Assembly (NCBI GenBank): GCA_965649225.1
Contig: CBFGJX010000009.1
Location: 1 to 64,000 of the forward strand
Source of the DNA: a candidate division WOR-3 bacterium
Lineage (GTDB): Bacteria; Hydrothermota; Tepidihabitantia; Tepidihabitantales; Tepidihabitantaceae
DNA length: 64,000 nt
Reading direction: 5' to 3'
This document shows positions 1 through 8,813 of the stretch, in pieces. Below the pieces are notes generated by a model. It ran no database searches, was not told the DNA's origin, and was given only the letters and a program-made list of their open reading frames with translations. The first letter of the stretch is position 1. Each line of letters starts with the position of its first letter. Position numbers and translations under genes: made by a program.

Positions 1-557
1 CGCAGCGTCGAGATCCGTTCGCGGGCATCCCAGCGGTTCTCCCAGACTGACCGGACCGGCCCGACATCGCGCGTCGTGGTGCGGGTGCCCCAGAACTCGG
101 CCAACCCGTAGATGGTGTTCATGTCAAAGACGAACAGCCCGCCCGGCCGCAGTGCTTGCCGGACACAGCGGAAACAACTGATCAGGTCATCTTCGGTCAG
201 CAGATAGTTCACGCTGTCGTAAAGACTGATTGCCGCATCGTGGGGAAACTCAACCGTAAAGTTGCGCATGTCCGCCTGCACCGTCGTGATCGGCAGCTCG
301 CCGCGCCCGGCCGCCAGTACCGCCAGCATCGCCGCTGACCGGTCAACCCCGGTCAGCCGGTAACCGCGCCGGGCCAGCAGAATCGTCGGAATGCCGGTGC
401 CGCAGGCAACGTCGAGCAGGGTATGCGGCATCAGCTGGTAGTGGCGAAAGACGGCTTCGACATAGTCAACCCAGCCCCGGTAGTCGACAAAGTGCCACAT
501 GAACCGGTCGTAATGCCGGGCAAACCGGGCAAACTGCTCTGTCTTTTCCGGCTCCAT
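1..557 (-). CDS. Class I SAM-dependent methyltransferase (3' end runs off the window)
   Basis: Manual translation from ATG 557: MEPEKTEQFARFARHYDRFM...LLDVACGTG...GVDRSAAML...QADMRNF...LRPGGLFVFD (motif I and post-II motifs). Absent from the ORF track because there is no stop in the window. Confidence 0.9.
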   Translation of the reverse strand, partial: MEPEKTEQFARFARHYDRFMWHFVDYRGWVDYVEAVFRHYQLMPHTLLDVACGTGIPTILLARRGYRLTGVDRSAAMLAVLAAGRGELPITTVQADMRNFTVEFPHDAAISLYDSVNYLLTEDDLISCFRCVRQALRPGGLFVFDMNTIYGLAEFWGTRTTTRDVGPVRSVWENRWDARERISTL

Positions 558-585
558 CACCGCCGGCGTTGTGCTTTCGTCGCCG

Positions 586-1635
586 TCAGCTTTCTTTGAG
601 GGCGTTGTAGAATGCCTGCCAGAACGGGTCAACCACCGGATGTTCCAGCCGTTTCTCGCGCCCGTCTTCCACCAGCACCATCCCACGCCGGGTCACCTCG
701 CCGACGATGGCGGCCGGAATCCGCTTCCGTTTCAGTGCCGCCACCACTGCCTCGGCCCGGTGCGGCCGACACATTGCAATCAGCGTACCTTCCGAGATTG
801 ACTTGTACGGGTCAATCCCAAAGAGTTGACAGATCTCCGGCACACAGTCCATCACCGGAATCTTCTCCTTTTCAACCCGCACGCCGAATCCGCCCGCCTG
901 CGCCATTTCATACAACCCGCCCCACACCCCGCATTCGGTAGCGTCGTGCAGCGCGGTGATGCCGCGGGCACGTACGCCGACGCTCACCGCGGTCCGGGCG
1001 TCGTCAACCACCGACATCTGCCAGAACAGCTTTTCCGCCCGCCGGGCAAACTTCTGACCGAACTCCTGCTCCAGCCGCCGGGGAAACATCGCCGCGAAGA
1101 TACCCGCCGCCTCGATTGCCGGTCCCTTGGTGATGATCACGGCATCGCCCGGCCGGGCCAGCCGCGGCGACACCCAGTCGGTCAGACCGCCTTCGGCAAT
1201 GACGGTTGCGCCTCCGACCATCGGCCAGTGGCAGTTGTCGTAGCGGGCAGTGTGGCCGGTGATGATGCTGACACCGTAGCGCCGACATTCCCGATGAATC
1301 GTCTTCCACACTGTTTCCAGCTGCTGCTCGTTGATGCTCATCGGCAGATTCAGGTCGATTGCCAGCCACCTCGGTGGCAGACCGCTGGTCACGACATCGG
1401 ACAGCAGAATGTGAATCGCAAACCACGCCGCCCGCTCCCAGCCGTACTCCGGCACAATGAATACCGGGTCGGTAGTCAGCGCCAGCGCCCGGCGGCCGAC
1501 GCGGATGATGCCGACATCGACACCATGCATCGGCCCGACGAGTACGTTGCGGTTGGCCGCCCCCAACCGGGGGAAAATCAGCTCCTCGAACACCTGCTGC
1601 GAAATCTTGCCAATCTCGGGAAGTTTCTCTTTCAT
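586..1635 (-). CDS. AIR synthase-related protein (HypE/PurM-like family)
   Basis: Motifs GVDVG, TTDP, ITGHT, ALHDATECG, ISEGTL. ATG 1635 preferred over GTG 1641 because a promoter sits immediately upstream. Confidence 0.85.
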   Translation of the reverse strand: MKEKLPEIGKISQQVFEELIFPRLGAANRNVLVGPMHGVDVGIIRVGRRALALTTDPVFIVPEYGWERAAWFAIHILLSDVVTSGLPPRWLAIDLNLPMSINEQQLETVWKTIHRECRRYGVSIITGHTARYDNCHWPMVGGATVIAEGGLTDWVSPRLARPGDAVIITKGPAIEAAGIFAAMFPRRLEQEFGQKFARRAEKLFWQMSVVDDARTAVSVGVRARGITALHDATECGVWGGLYEMAQAGGFGVRVEKEKIPVMDCVPEICQLFGIDPYKSISEGTLIAMCRPHRAEAVVAALKRKRIPAAIVGEVTRRGMVLVEDGREKRLEHPVVDPFWQAFYNALKES

Positions 1636-1875
1636 GCCCACTTTCTACCAAATCGTGATAGCGGTGTCAAACACTGTCCCCGGCGGGCTGCCGGCCGCTC
1701 CGCCGACTGTGCCGGTGCTGTACGGGAAAATCTTGACTTGCCCTTGCCGGCACATTAGGCTGACTCAGCTTGTGCGGCACCATCTGCGGTCAAGGGCCGT
1801 GCACAGGCCGGGAAAGGAATGTGGATAAAACGGTCGCCGCCCCTTTCGGGGCAGCCGGACTGAAACGGAGGCGTA

Positions 1876-2256
1876 ATGGCCCAGGCCCATCTGCTGGTTG
1901 TCGAAGACCACAACGATGAACGTCTGATGATTGCCTCAATCCTGCGCGCCGCCGGTTATCGCGTTTCTGAAGCCGCCGACGGCAACGAGGCGCTGCGCAT
2001 CCTGCACGATGACCCGCCCGACCTGGTCGTGCTCGACCTGCTGCTTCCCGGCATCAGCGGATTCGAGGTCTGTGCCTCGGTGCGGCGTCGGACTGAACGC
2101 GACGTGCCGGTGCTGGTGGTGACTGCTCACGGCTCACCGGAAAACCGCCGCACCGCCATGGCCTGCGGCGCCAACGAAATCATCGCCAAGCCATTCTCCC
2201 GGGCCGGTCTGCTGGCGGCGGTTGCCCGCCTGCTGAGCGAAGAGGAACAACCTTGA
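1876..2256 (+). CDS. Single-domain response regulator (receiver)
   Basis: LLVVED, DLVVLDLLLPGISG, VTA, KPF receiver motifs; GGAGG SD upstream. Confidence 0.92.
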   Translation: MAQAHLLVVEDHNDERLMIASILRAAGYRVSEAADGNEALRILHDDPPDLVVLDLLLPGISGFEVCASVRRRTERDVPVLVVTAHGSPENRRTAMACGANEIIAKPFSRAGLLAAVARLLSEEEQP

Positions 2257-2759
2257 GCGCTGCCGACCTGCTCGAAGAACTCCGACTGGCAATGCTCAGC
2301 GAGCAGACCGGTATCGAATTCTACACCACCGCGGCCCGCACTACCACCGATCCGCGCGGCCGCGAGGTTTTTCTGATTCTGGCCGCCGAAGAGTCGCTGC
2401 ATCTGCGGTTTCTGAAGGACCATTACGGCGCAGTCAGCGCCGGCCGCGAACCGGAGCCGATCGTGGCCATGGCCCACGGCGCTGAACTGAATGCCGAAAG
2501 TCCGATTTTTTCCGAAGAACTGAGCCAGCGTATCGCCACCGCCCACTTCGAGATGTCGGCACTGGCAGTCGGGCTGAAACTGGAACACGAAACCATTGCC
2601 CGGTATCGTACTCTGGCGGCAATCTCCCCCACACCGGCCGCGAAACAGTTTTTCGAACAGCTGGTGGAATGGGAACAGAGCCACGCATCGGCCCTGTCGC
2701 GTCAACAGGCGCAACTGCTGGACCAGTACTGGCAGGCCGCCCGCTTCGCGCCGTTCTAG
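2253..2759 (+). CDS. Ferritin-like/rubrerythrin-domain protein
   Basis: Two E..FY / EExH-type di-iron helix pairs (EESLH, WEQSH); TTGA overlap with the upstream regulator. Confidence 0.85.
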   Translation: MSAADLLEELRLAMLSEQTGIEFYTTAARTTTDPRGREVFLILAAEESLHLRFLKDHYGAVSAGREPEPIVAMAHGAELNAESPIFSEELSQRIATAHFEMSALAVGLKLEHETIARYRTLAAISPTPAAKQFFEQLVEWEQSHASALSRQQAQLLDQYWQAARFAPF

Positions 2760-2760
2760 C

Positions 2761-3360
2761 CTAACGCGTTCCCTGACCCGCCGGAGCCGCCGGCTTCGGC
2801 CGCGGCAGCCGCCCGAGTTTTGACACCAGTCCCTGCACCGCCCGCAGTTCGTTCCGGACCGTCGATTCCAGTCGCCGCTGCTCGGCCGGGTCGGAAACCG
2901 TCCCCAGTTGCTGCACTGCCGCGCGCAACCCGGCAAGCCGCACCCGGCTCTCGTCGATCAGCTTCTGCTGTTCGGGAGTTGGCCGGCCGCTCACGACCGC
3001 CGACTGTACCCGCTGGAGCCTGGCTTCAAGCTGTGTCAGTTCGTCATTGAGTCGCTCGGCCGCGGCACTGCGGCGCTCACTGCGCCGCTCTTGACGCCGG
3101 GCGCGGTTGGCGGCCCGGACCGAATCCTGCTGGCGTGCCAGTGCCGCTGCTTCGGCTGAACGCGCCCGCTGTGCCGGCCGGCGCACCAGCACCAGAACAA
3201 TCCCGGCAATTCCCAGTAACCCCAACAGCAGCAGCGGCACCAGCATCCGCGGCGACGGCCCGCGAATACCGGCGCGCCGGGCCCGGACCGATTGTCCGCA
3301 GGCAAAGCAGCGCTCCTGGCCGGCTGCTACCGGTTCGCCGCAGTGAGGACAGCGCCGCAT
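2761..3360 (-). CDS. Zinc-ribbon + single TM + coiled-coil membrane protein
   Basis: CPHC...CFAC N-terminus, hydrophobic helix, helical tail; start overlaps the pheT stop. Confidence 0.75.
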   Translation of the reverse strand: MRRCPHCGEPVAAGQERCFACGQSVRARRAGIRGPSPRMLVPLLLLGLLGIAGIVLVLVRRPAQRARSAEAAALARQQDSVRAANRARRQERRSERRSAAAERLNDELTQLEARLQRVQSAVVSGRPTPEQQKLIDESRVRLAGLRAAVQQLGTVSDPAEQRRLESTVRNELRAVQGLVSKLGRLPRPKPAAPAGQGTR

Positions 3361-5147
3361 CAGCTCCGGTCAGCGGGCAGAGTCAGCTTAAAATCAAAGA
3401 TTGCAACCGGCTGGCCGATGGCAAAGGCCTCCAGCACCTCGGGATGAACCTCGCCCAGCACGCCCCGGTCCCTGTCGCCCGCAACACAGCCGGCACAGCG
3501 ACCGGCGATAAACTCGGGTCGCTCCACTGCCCGAAAGCCCAGCTCCAGTCCCAGTTCGCGTGCCAGCGCTTCCAGCACCGACTTGGCTTCGGCAAAACCG
3601 GCCCGTGGCCCGGCGATTGCCGCCGCTACCCGCCGGCAGGTGCGCACGCCGTTTTCGGCTCCATCCGCCAGCGCAAAGCAGTCGCCGATTTCAAAAATCG
3701 TCTGCGGCATCGGCCGGGTCGTGTTGGCGCGCAGGGTGGCCAGCAACCCCGAAAGCAAATCGCCCCGACAGATCGTCTGCTCGACACTGATTGGATTGGC
3801 CAGTCGCACCCGGTGCTCCGGCACCGGTCGCCGCAGCATTTCGTAATGTTCGTGTTCCGACGTCAGCACCGGGGTCATCGTTTCCAGAAAACCCATTCCT
3901 GTCATCACCCGCCGAACCAGCGCCGCCAGCTCCTCGATCGGCAGAGCCTGTCCGACCGTCATCGTCGGCACCAGTTCCGGTTTGACTGCCTCGTAGCCGA
4001 CGCCGATGGCAATATCCTCGACGATATCGCGCTCATGCATGATATCGGCCCGCCAGGCCGGCACCGCTACCGTCAACCGGTTTCCATCCCGACTCACGCC
4101 GTAGCGCATCCGCGCCAGCGCCGCCGCCGGGTCGGCCAGCTCCATACCGATCAGTGCGGCCGCCGCCGCCACATCAACGACCAATGTCCGCGGCGTCAGG
4201 TCCGGCGTCGTAACGCGGCTGCCGTCAGTCTGGCAGATAACCACGCTCTCGACCCGGGACCCGTAATCGGCCAGATTGGCGGCAATCACTGCCAGCGTCC
4301 GCCGCACCGCCTCGCTGTCCGGTCCGGTAACATCTATCAGCAGGTTGCGGGTTCGGGGCGTCACCCGCGTCTCGTCGCTGTTGATTATCGGCGGCATCGA
4401 GAGCACCCGGCCGGTCGAATCGGTCAACAGCGGGTAGCGGTCAAACCCATCCAGGAGATGCCGGTACGCGACTCCCTTGGGATGGCACTGCAGAATCTCG
4501 CGCGGCGTCGCCGGCCGCCGACCTTCCGGCATGCCAAACAGCGGCACGAAACTCTGCTCTTCCGGCCCGACCGGCCCGTATTCAAAATCCGGCTCAACCG
4601 TGTCCAGGTCATAGACCCCGATTGACGCCCGGCGCCGGTCACGGCCCAGCGCCCAGTGCAGGTTTTCCTGCAGCTTCATCAGCATCCGCAGGGTTTCGTC
4701 GTCAACGGTCAGCCCGCGCACGACGCAGGCCGCGATATGCGGCCGGATTGTCTCCAGGCCGGGGCGTACCGTCACCCGGAATCCCGACGGCTCAACCCGG
4801 TAACTGGGCAGCCCGGTCTCCAGCCCGAGAAACCCGCGCAGGGCACGGGCAAGCCCGGCTGCATCGAACATGTCGGGCCGCACCGGCAGCAGACTGATGC
4901 GGATTACATCCGCCGTTCCGGCATCGACAATCGAGCGACCCCCGCACCACTGGCAGGTTTGATTGAAACTGGCTGAGTCAACCACTTCGGTAATCTGCCG
5001 ACAATCGCTGCAGCGCCAGAGCCGGACCTCGATGGTGTCCTCGACATCGTTGCCCAGCGCCTGCAGCGCCGCCACCAGCTCATCACGGCGCAGACTGCGG
5101 CCGACCAGCCGGCAGAGCAGCGCGGTCGGAATACTCACCAGCGGCAT
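3360..5147 (-). CDS. pheT: Phenylalanine-tRNA ligase beta subunit, archaeal/eukaryote type
   Basis: 595 aa with RPDM, LQENLH..GRDRRRASIGVYDLD, LSMPPIINS..T, PAWRADIMHERDIVEDIAIG; lacks bacterial B2 and B8 domains. Confidence 0.95.
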   Translation of the reverse strand: MPLVSIPTALLCRLVGRSLRRDELVAALQALGNDVEDTIEVRLWRCSDCRQITEVVDSASFNQTCQWCGGRSIVDAGTADVIRISLLPVRPDMFDAAGLARALRGFLGLETGLPSYRVEPSGFRVTVRPGLETIRPHIAACVVRGLTVDDETLRMLMKLQENLHWALGRDRRRASIGVYDLDTVEPDFEYGPVGPEEQSFVPLFGMPEGRRPATPREILQCHPKGVAYRHLLDGFDRYPLLTDSTGRVLSMPPIINSDETRVTPRTRNLLIDVTGPDSEAVRRTLAVIAANLADYGSRVESVVICQTDGSRVTTPDLTPRTLVVDVAAAAALIGMELADPAAALARMRYGVSRDGNRLTVAVPAWRADIMHERDIVEDIAIGVGYEAVKPELVPTMTVGQALPIEELAALVRRVMTGMGFLETMTPVLTSEHEHYEMLRRPVPEHRVRLANPISVEQTICRGDLLSGLLATLRANTTRPMPQTIFEIGDCFALADGAENGVRTCRRVAAAIAGPRAGFAEAKSVLEALARELGLELGFRAVERPEFIAGRCAGCVAGDRDRGVLGEVHPEVLEAFAIGQPVAIFDFKLTLPADRS

Positions 5148-5193
5148 GCCGACCCTGCCTTTCCCGAAAATACCGGCAACGGGCAGCCGCTGG

Positions 5194-6711
5194 TCACTGG
5201 CTCAGTCGTGCCGCTTTCAGCCATTCGATATCCGACAGATACAGTTTGCGGATGTCGTCCAGCCCGAACCTCAGCATCGCAATCCGCTCGACCCCGCCGC
5301 CCCATGCCAGCACCGGGGTCCGGCAACCCAGCGGCAGCGTCACCTCGGGCCGGAAAATACCGGCACCGCACATTTCCACCCAGCCCAGACCGCCCATCTT
5401 GGCAAAGACTTCGGCGCTCGGCTCGGTATAGGGGAAAAAGGACGGCCGGAACCGCACATCCTCGGCGCCCATCTTCCGGTAAAACGCCGCCAGCGTGCCA
5501 AACAGCGACGCCAGCGACGCCCGTTCGTCAATGATGATACCGTCAATCTGCATGAATTCGGCCAGATGGGTCTGGTCGGTGTTTTCGCGCCGGAAGGTCT
5601 TGCCGATCGAAAAAACTTTCCGCGGCGGCCGCGGGTCGCGCGCCAGCGCGCGGATTGAAGCCGCAGTCGTGTGCGTCCGCAGTACCAGTCGCCGCGCCTT
5701 CTCGCTGTCCCAGCGATAGCGCCAGCCGGTCGAGCCGGTATCGCCACCGTCCTCATGAGCCCGGGCGACCCTGCTTACCATCTGCTCGTCGGGCAGGTTG
5801 CCGGTCGCCGGTTCCGCCATATAGAACGTGTCCTGCATTTCCCGGGCGGGATGGTCCTGCGGCTGGAACAACGCGTCAAACACCCAGAATGCAGTGTCAA
5901 TCGCTGGCGATTCGACCTCCTCGAATCCCATTTCAAGAAATGCCCGCCGAATCTCACCGATGACCCGCTGCAACGGATGCTCCTTGCCCGGCCAGCGCGG
6001 TGCCGCCGCCAACCCGACATCGTAGCGCTTGAAAACCGCATTGCGCCAGCTGCCGTCGGCGATTATCTCCGGCGTCAGCTGAGTCAGCTCGACCGCCGGT
6101 TCAATGCCGCCGGCTTTCAACTCCGCTCCCGCCGCCGTCAGGGTAATCATCCGTCGCACCCGCCGCCGCCGCCGGATGAACTCGGTCCGGCCGCGCAGCA
6201 GTTCCAGCGCCGCGGCAGTGTCGATTCCGGCCCGGGCCAGCTCGGACTCGCCGGCTGTCCCACCCAGCGCCAGCAGCCGTTCAACCAGCAGCTCGTCCGG
6301 ACCCCGGCTCTCGACTGCCGACATCCCGATCGGACTGACAACCAGCAGCCCGCCCTCACGGACACACCAGCCTTTGCGGGTCAGCCACTTCACCTCGGAA
6401 CGGACATCGGGTCTGCCCAGCAACTGTGGCAGTTCGGTGAATGCGGTTGAGCCGCCAGCAGCAATTATTGTCCGCAGCGCCGCCCGTTCCGGAAACTCGG
6501 CTGCCGCCGCCCGGCCCTGCTCGGTCAGTTCCAGCTCTTCCTCGGCGACTTCGTCGAGTGCAACCAGCCCCCGGTCCCGCAGCGTCACCGCACCTGCCAT
6601 GACCAGCGACTGGTCAGCACCGGTTCGCACAGCGATATCCGCAACCGAAAGGCTCTGTCCCGGCTCCAGTGTCGCCAGAACCCGATACTCGATCTCAGGC
6701 AGCCGTGTCAT
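5194..6711 (-). CDS. pheS: Phenylalanine-tRNA ligase alpha subunit, archaeal/eukaryote type
   Basis: FDALFQPQDHPAREMQDTFY, LRTHTT, FRRE..D.THLAEF.Q, FFPYTEPS; long N-terminal winged-helix-like extension; ATG 6711. Confidence 0.95.
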   Translation of the reverse strand: MTRLPEIEYRVLATLEPGQSLSVADIAVRTGADQSLVMAGAVTLRDRGLVALDEVAEEELELTEQGRAAAAEFPERAALRTIIAAGGSTAFTELPQLLGRPDVRSEVKWLTRKGWCVREGGLLVVSPIGMSAVESRGPDELLVERLLALGGTAGESELARAGIDTAAALELLRGRTEFIRRRRRVRRMITLTAAGAELKAGGIEPAVELTQLTPEIIADGSWRNAVFKRYDVGLAAAPRWPGKEHPLQRVIGEIRRAFLEMGFEEVESPAIDTAFWVFDALFQPQDHPAREMQDTFYMAEPATGNLPDEQMVSRVARAHEDGGDTGSTGWRYRWDSEKARRLVLRTHTTAASIRALARDPRPPRKVFSIGKTFRRENTDQTHLAEFMQIDGIIIDERASLASLFGTLAAFYRKMGAEDVRFRPSFFPYTEPSAEVFAKMGGLGWVEMCGAGIFRPEVTLPLGCRTPVLAWGGGVERIAMLRFGLDDIRKLYLSDIEWLKAARLSQ

Positions 6712-6771
6712 CTGTTTTGTGCCTGAATATGCCCGAAAAACCGTGGCGGTCAAGCCCGCAGCCGGCCGGTG

Positions 6772-6972
6772 CTAGCGCGCGATGTCTGCCCGGCCGCCGG
6801 CCGGCACCCTGATATCGTGCTCGCCCTGAAAGACATAGCCTTCGGGCACAATGCAACTGCCGTCGCCGGCGACGTAAATCCGCACCCGGGCCCCGGCCTC
6901 AACCCGCACATCCGGTCCGAAGCGCACCTGCGGCGCCGAACCCGGCTCGACCCGGATGCTGCCGTCGCGGTC
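6772..6972 (-). pseudogene. Stranded 3'-end remnant of the UDP-sugar pyrophosphorylase gene (paralogous to 12549-12749)
   Basis: Encodes DRDGSIRVEPGSAPQVRFG...EGYVFQGEHDIRVPAGGRADIAR*; ungapped 160/201 nt and 52/66 aa identical to 12549-12749; no start codon. Confidence 0.9.
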
Positions 6973-7083
6973 CGCGCGCGGCCTGACACGATGCCGGCGC
7001 AGTGAAATTGCACTCGCGCTGACAATGGCAGTAAGGTATGTGCTATCACATAAGTTGTTGATTGAGCACTGTTTACGTTGGCA

Positions 7084-7111
7084 TTGACAGCGGGGTCGGG
7101 GGGGTTAGATT
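7084..7111 (+). promoter_or_regulatory. Sigma70-like promoter
   Basis: TTGACA-N16-TAGATT upstream of a ~270-nt leader. Confidence 0.55.
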
Positions 7112-7385
7112 CTGTCGCTAGACCGCCTGTAAGGGTGGAGGCTGTTTACTGGTGAGGCCTGTCGGTCCTGTCCGGTCCTGATTGTCCCGTCGAGAACAAC
7201 CTGGTTTGTCATCTAGTGAGGCGGCACCGGCCTTGTACGTTTCGGCGTGCCCCGGGTGCCCGGGCGCGCACAAGTCAGGGAAGTAGGGAGATAGGGAGGT
7301 AAGTCTATTGGGAAGACCAGGGATGAGTCCGAAACAGACCGGGGTGGTTCGCAATCAGTCAACTCTGAAAGGAGATAAGAGACCT

Positions 7386-8633
7386 ATGAAGAAGAGGCTT
7401 GTTACGCTGGCAGCGATAGGGCTGCTGGCCTTCGTCGGTACGGCTTCGGCCGCCGACGACTATGTGCTCTACGAGGGCACCATCTGGGCCGGCCAGACCA
7501 TCAACGTCGGCCCGATTGCCGCGATACTGCACTACACCAACAGCGACAACGCGACGCTGGAAATCAAGTACGGCCCGCTGGTCCCGCCGTGGATCATCGA
7601 AGAGGTCCACGTCCACCTTCTGGCCGAGTGCCCCGAGTCCCGGCCCTCGCCCGGCCAGGCGCCGTTCAAGTACGAGGACATCAACGACGACGAGTACAGC
7701 GTGTACATCACCATCGCCCAGATTCGCGCGCTCGGGTTCGACTGGGGCGACGAAATCTGCGTGGTGCCGCACTGCGCGGTGTACAACCCGGCAACTAACG
7801 AAGAACAGACCGGGTACGGCGGCACGGTTCGCGGCCGGTGGTTCGCGTGCTTCTGCATCGACTTCGATGAACCGGAAAAGGGACCTGACCCCGAGCCGTG
7901 GGACGGCGAGACCCGCACCATCGGGTTCTGGAAGCACAACACCAGCCCGGGTTTCCGCGACCCGAACCGCTGGGGTTTCGACTGGGACGACTACTTCCCG
8001 GTGACCCTGTCCGGCTACAACATCGCCAATGTTGAGGCGGCGTACCAGACGTTCGTCGCGGCCCGCGCCAACCCGATGTGGCTGATGTACATCGCCCAGT
8101 ACCTCGCCACCTACTGCAACACCGTGCGCGACCCGCTGCTGCTCACCGCGTACTACAACGACGACCGCGAGGAAGGCGAGTGGATGGAAGACTGGCAGGT
8201 TGACGACATCTTCGATGCCGCCGACGACCCGGACAACTACACCAACGAGCTCTTCCTTGCCAAGACCAAGGATGTCTTCGACGCCATCAACAACAGCTGG
8301 GAAGGCTACGGCGTGCTCTGGACCAACCCGCTGGGCCCCCTGCCCGGGCCGAGCCCGACCGCCGGCAACAAGCCGATCCTCGGCGCGCTGACGGTCAGCC
8401 CGAACCCGGTGCAGGGCCGTGCCGTGGTAGCCCTGCCTGCCGGCGTGAAGAACGGCCGCGTGGCCGTGTATGACCTGTCCGGCAACAAGGTTCGCGAACT
8501 GACCGGCGCTTCGGACCGCCTGGCCTGGGACGGCACCGACGCGAACGGCCGCAAGCTCGCCGCGGGCGTGTACGTCCTGCAGCTGGAGAGCGAAGCGGGC
8601 GTGGTCGGCACGCGCGCCGTGCTTTGCCGCTAG
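7386..8633 (+). CDS. Secreted protein with FlgD/T9SS-type C-terminal domain
   Basis: AAGGAG SD, signal peptide MKKRLVTLAAIGLLAFVGTASA, internal TIGFWKHN motif, tail SPNP...VYDLSGNKVREL...WDGTDANGRKLAAGVYVL. Confidence 0.85.
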   Translation: MKKRLVTLAAIGLLAFVGTASAADDYVLYEGTIWAGQTINVGPIAAILHYTNSDNATLEIKYGPLVPPWIIEEVHVHLLAECPESRPSPGQAPFKYEDINDDEYSVYITIAQIRALGFDWGDEICVVPHCAVYNPATNEEQTGYGGTVRGRWFACFCIDFDEPEKGPDPEPWDGETRTIGFWKHNTSPGFRDPNRWGFDWDDYFPVTLSGYNIANVEAAYQTFVAARANPMWLMYIAQYLATYCNTVRDPLLLTAYYNDDREEGEWMEDWQVDDIFDAADDPDNYTNELFLAKTKDVFDAINNSWEGYGVLWTNPLGPLPGPSPTAGNKPILGALTVSPNPVQGRAVVALPAGVKNGRVAVYDLSGNKVRELTGASDRLAWDGTDANGRKLAAGVYVLQLESEAGVVGTRAVLCR

Positions 8634-8646
8634 CCTGAATCCGTCC

Positions 8647-8679
8647 CGGACGGGAGAGCCGCCGCGGCTCTCCCGTCCG
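8647..8679. terminator. Perfect 15-bp hairpin (terminator or stabilising stem)
   Basis: CGGACGGGAGAGCCG-ccg-CGGCTCTCCCGTCCG just after the stop; no T-tract. Confidence 0.55.
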
Positions 8680-8813
8680 CTGGATGGGGGACCGGCGCGC
8701 CGCACCGGGCCGCGCCGCGAACAGGGGGCCATTTGACTTCGCGCAGTCGCTTCCGCCTGACCGCCGGCCCGCGCCGGGGAAGCCTGTCGCACTCAGAACC
8801 TGGGAGGTCACAG

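Noticed and set aside
1820..1828. Replication origin
   Set aside because: Only isolated DnaA-box matches, with no cluster, AT-rich unwinding element or dnaA/dnaN.
3135..4625. Long antisense or alternative-frame ORFs (e.g. 3135-4625, 21657-23864, 27221-29068, 56619-58313)
   Set aside because: Shadows of well-supported genes in high-GC DNA; no motifs and low-complexity R/A/P/G composition.
7315..7345. Hammerhead ribozyme (GATGAG...GAAAC)
   Set aside because: No CUGANGA core and no supporting three-stem pairing.
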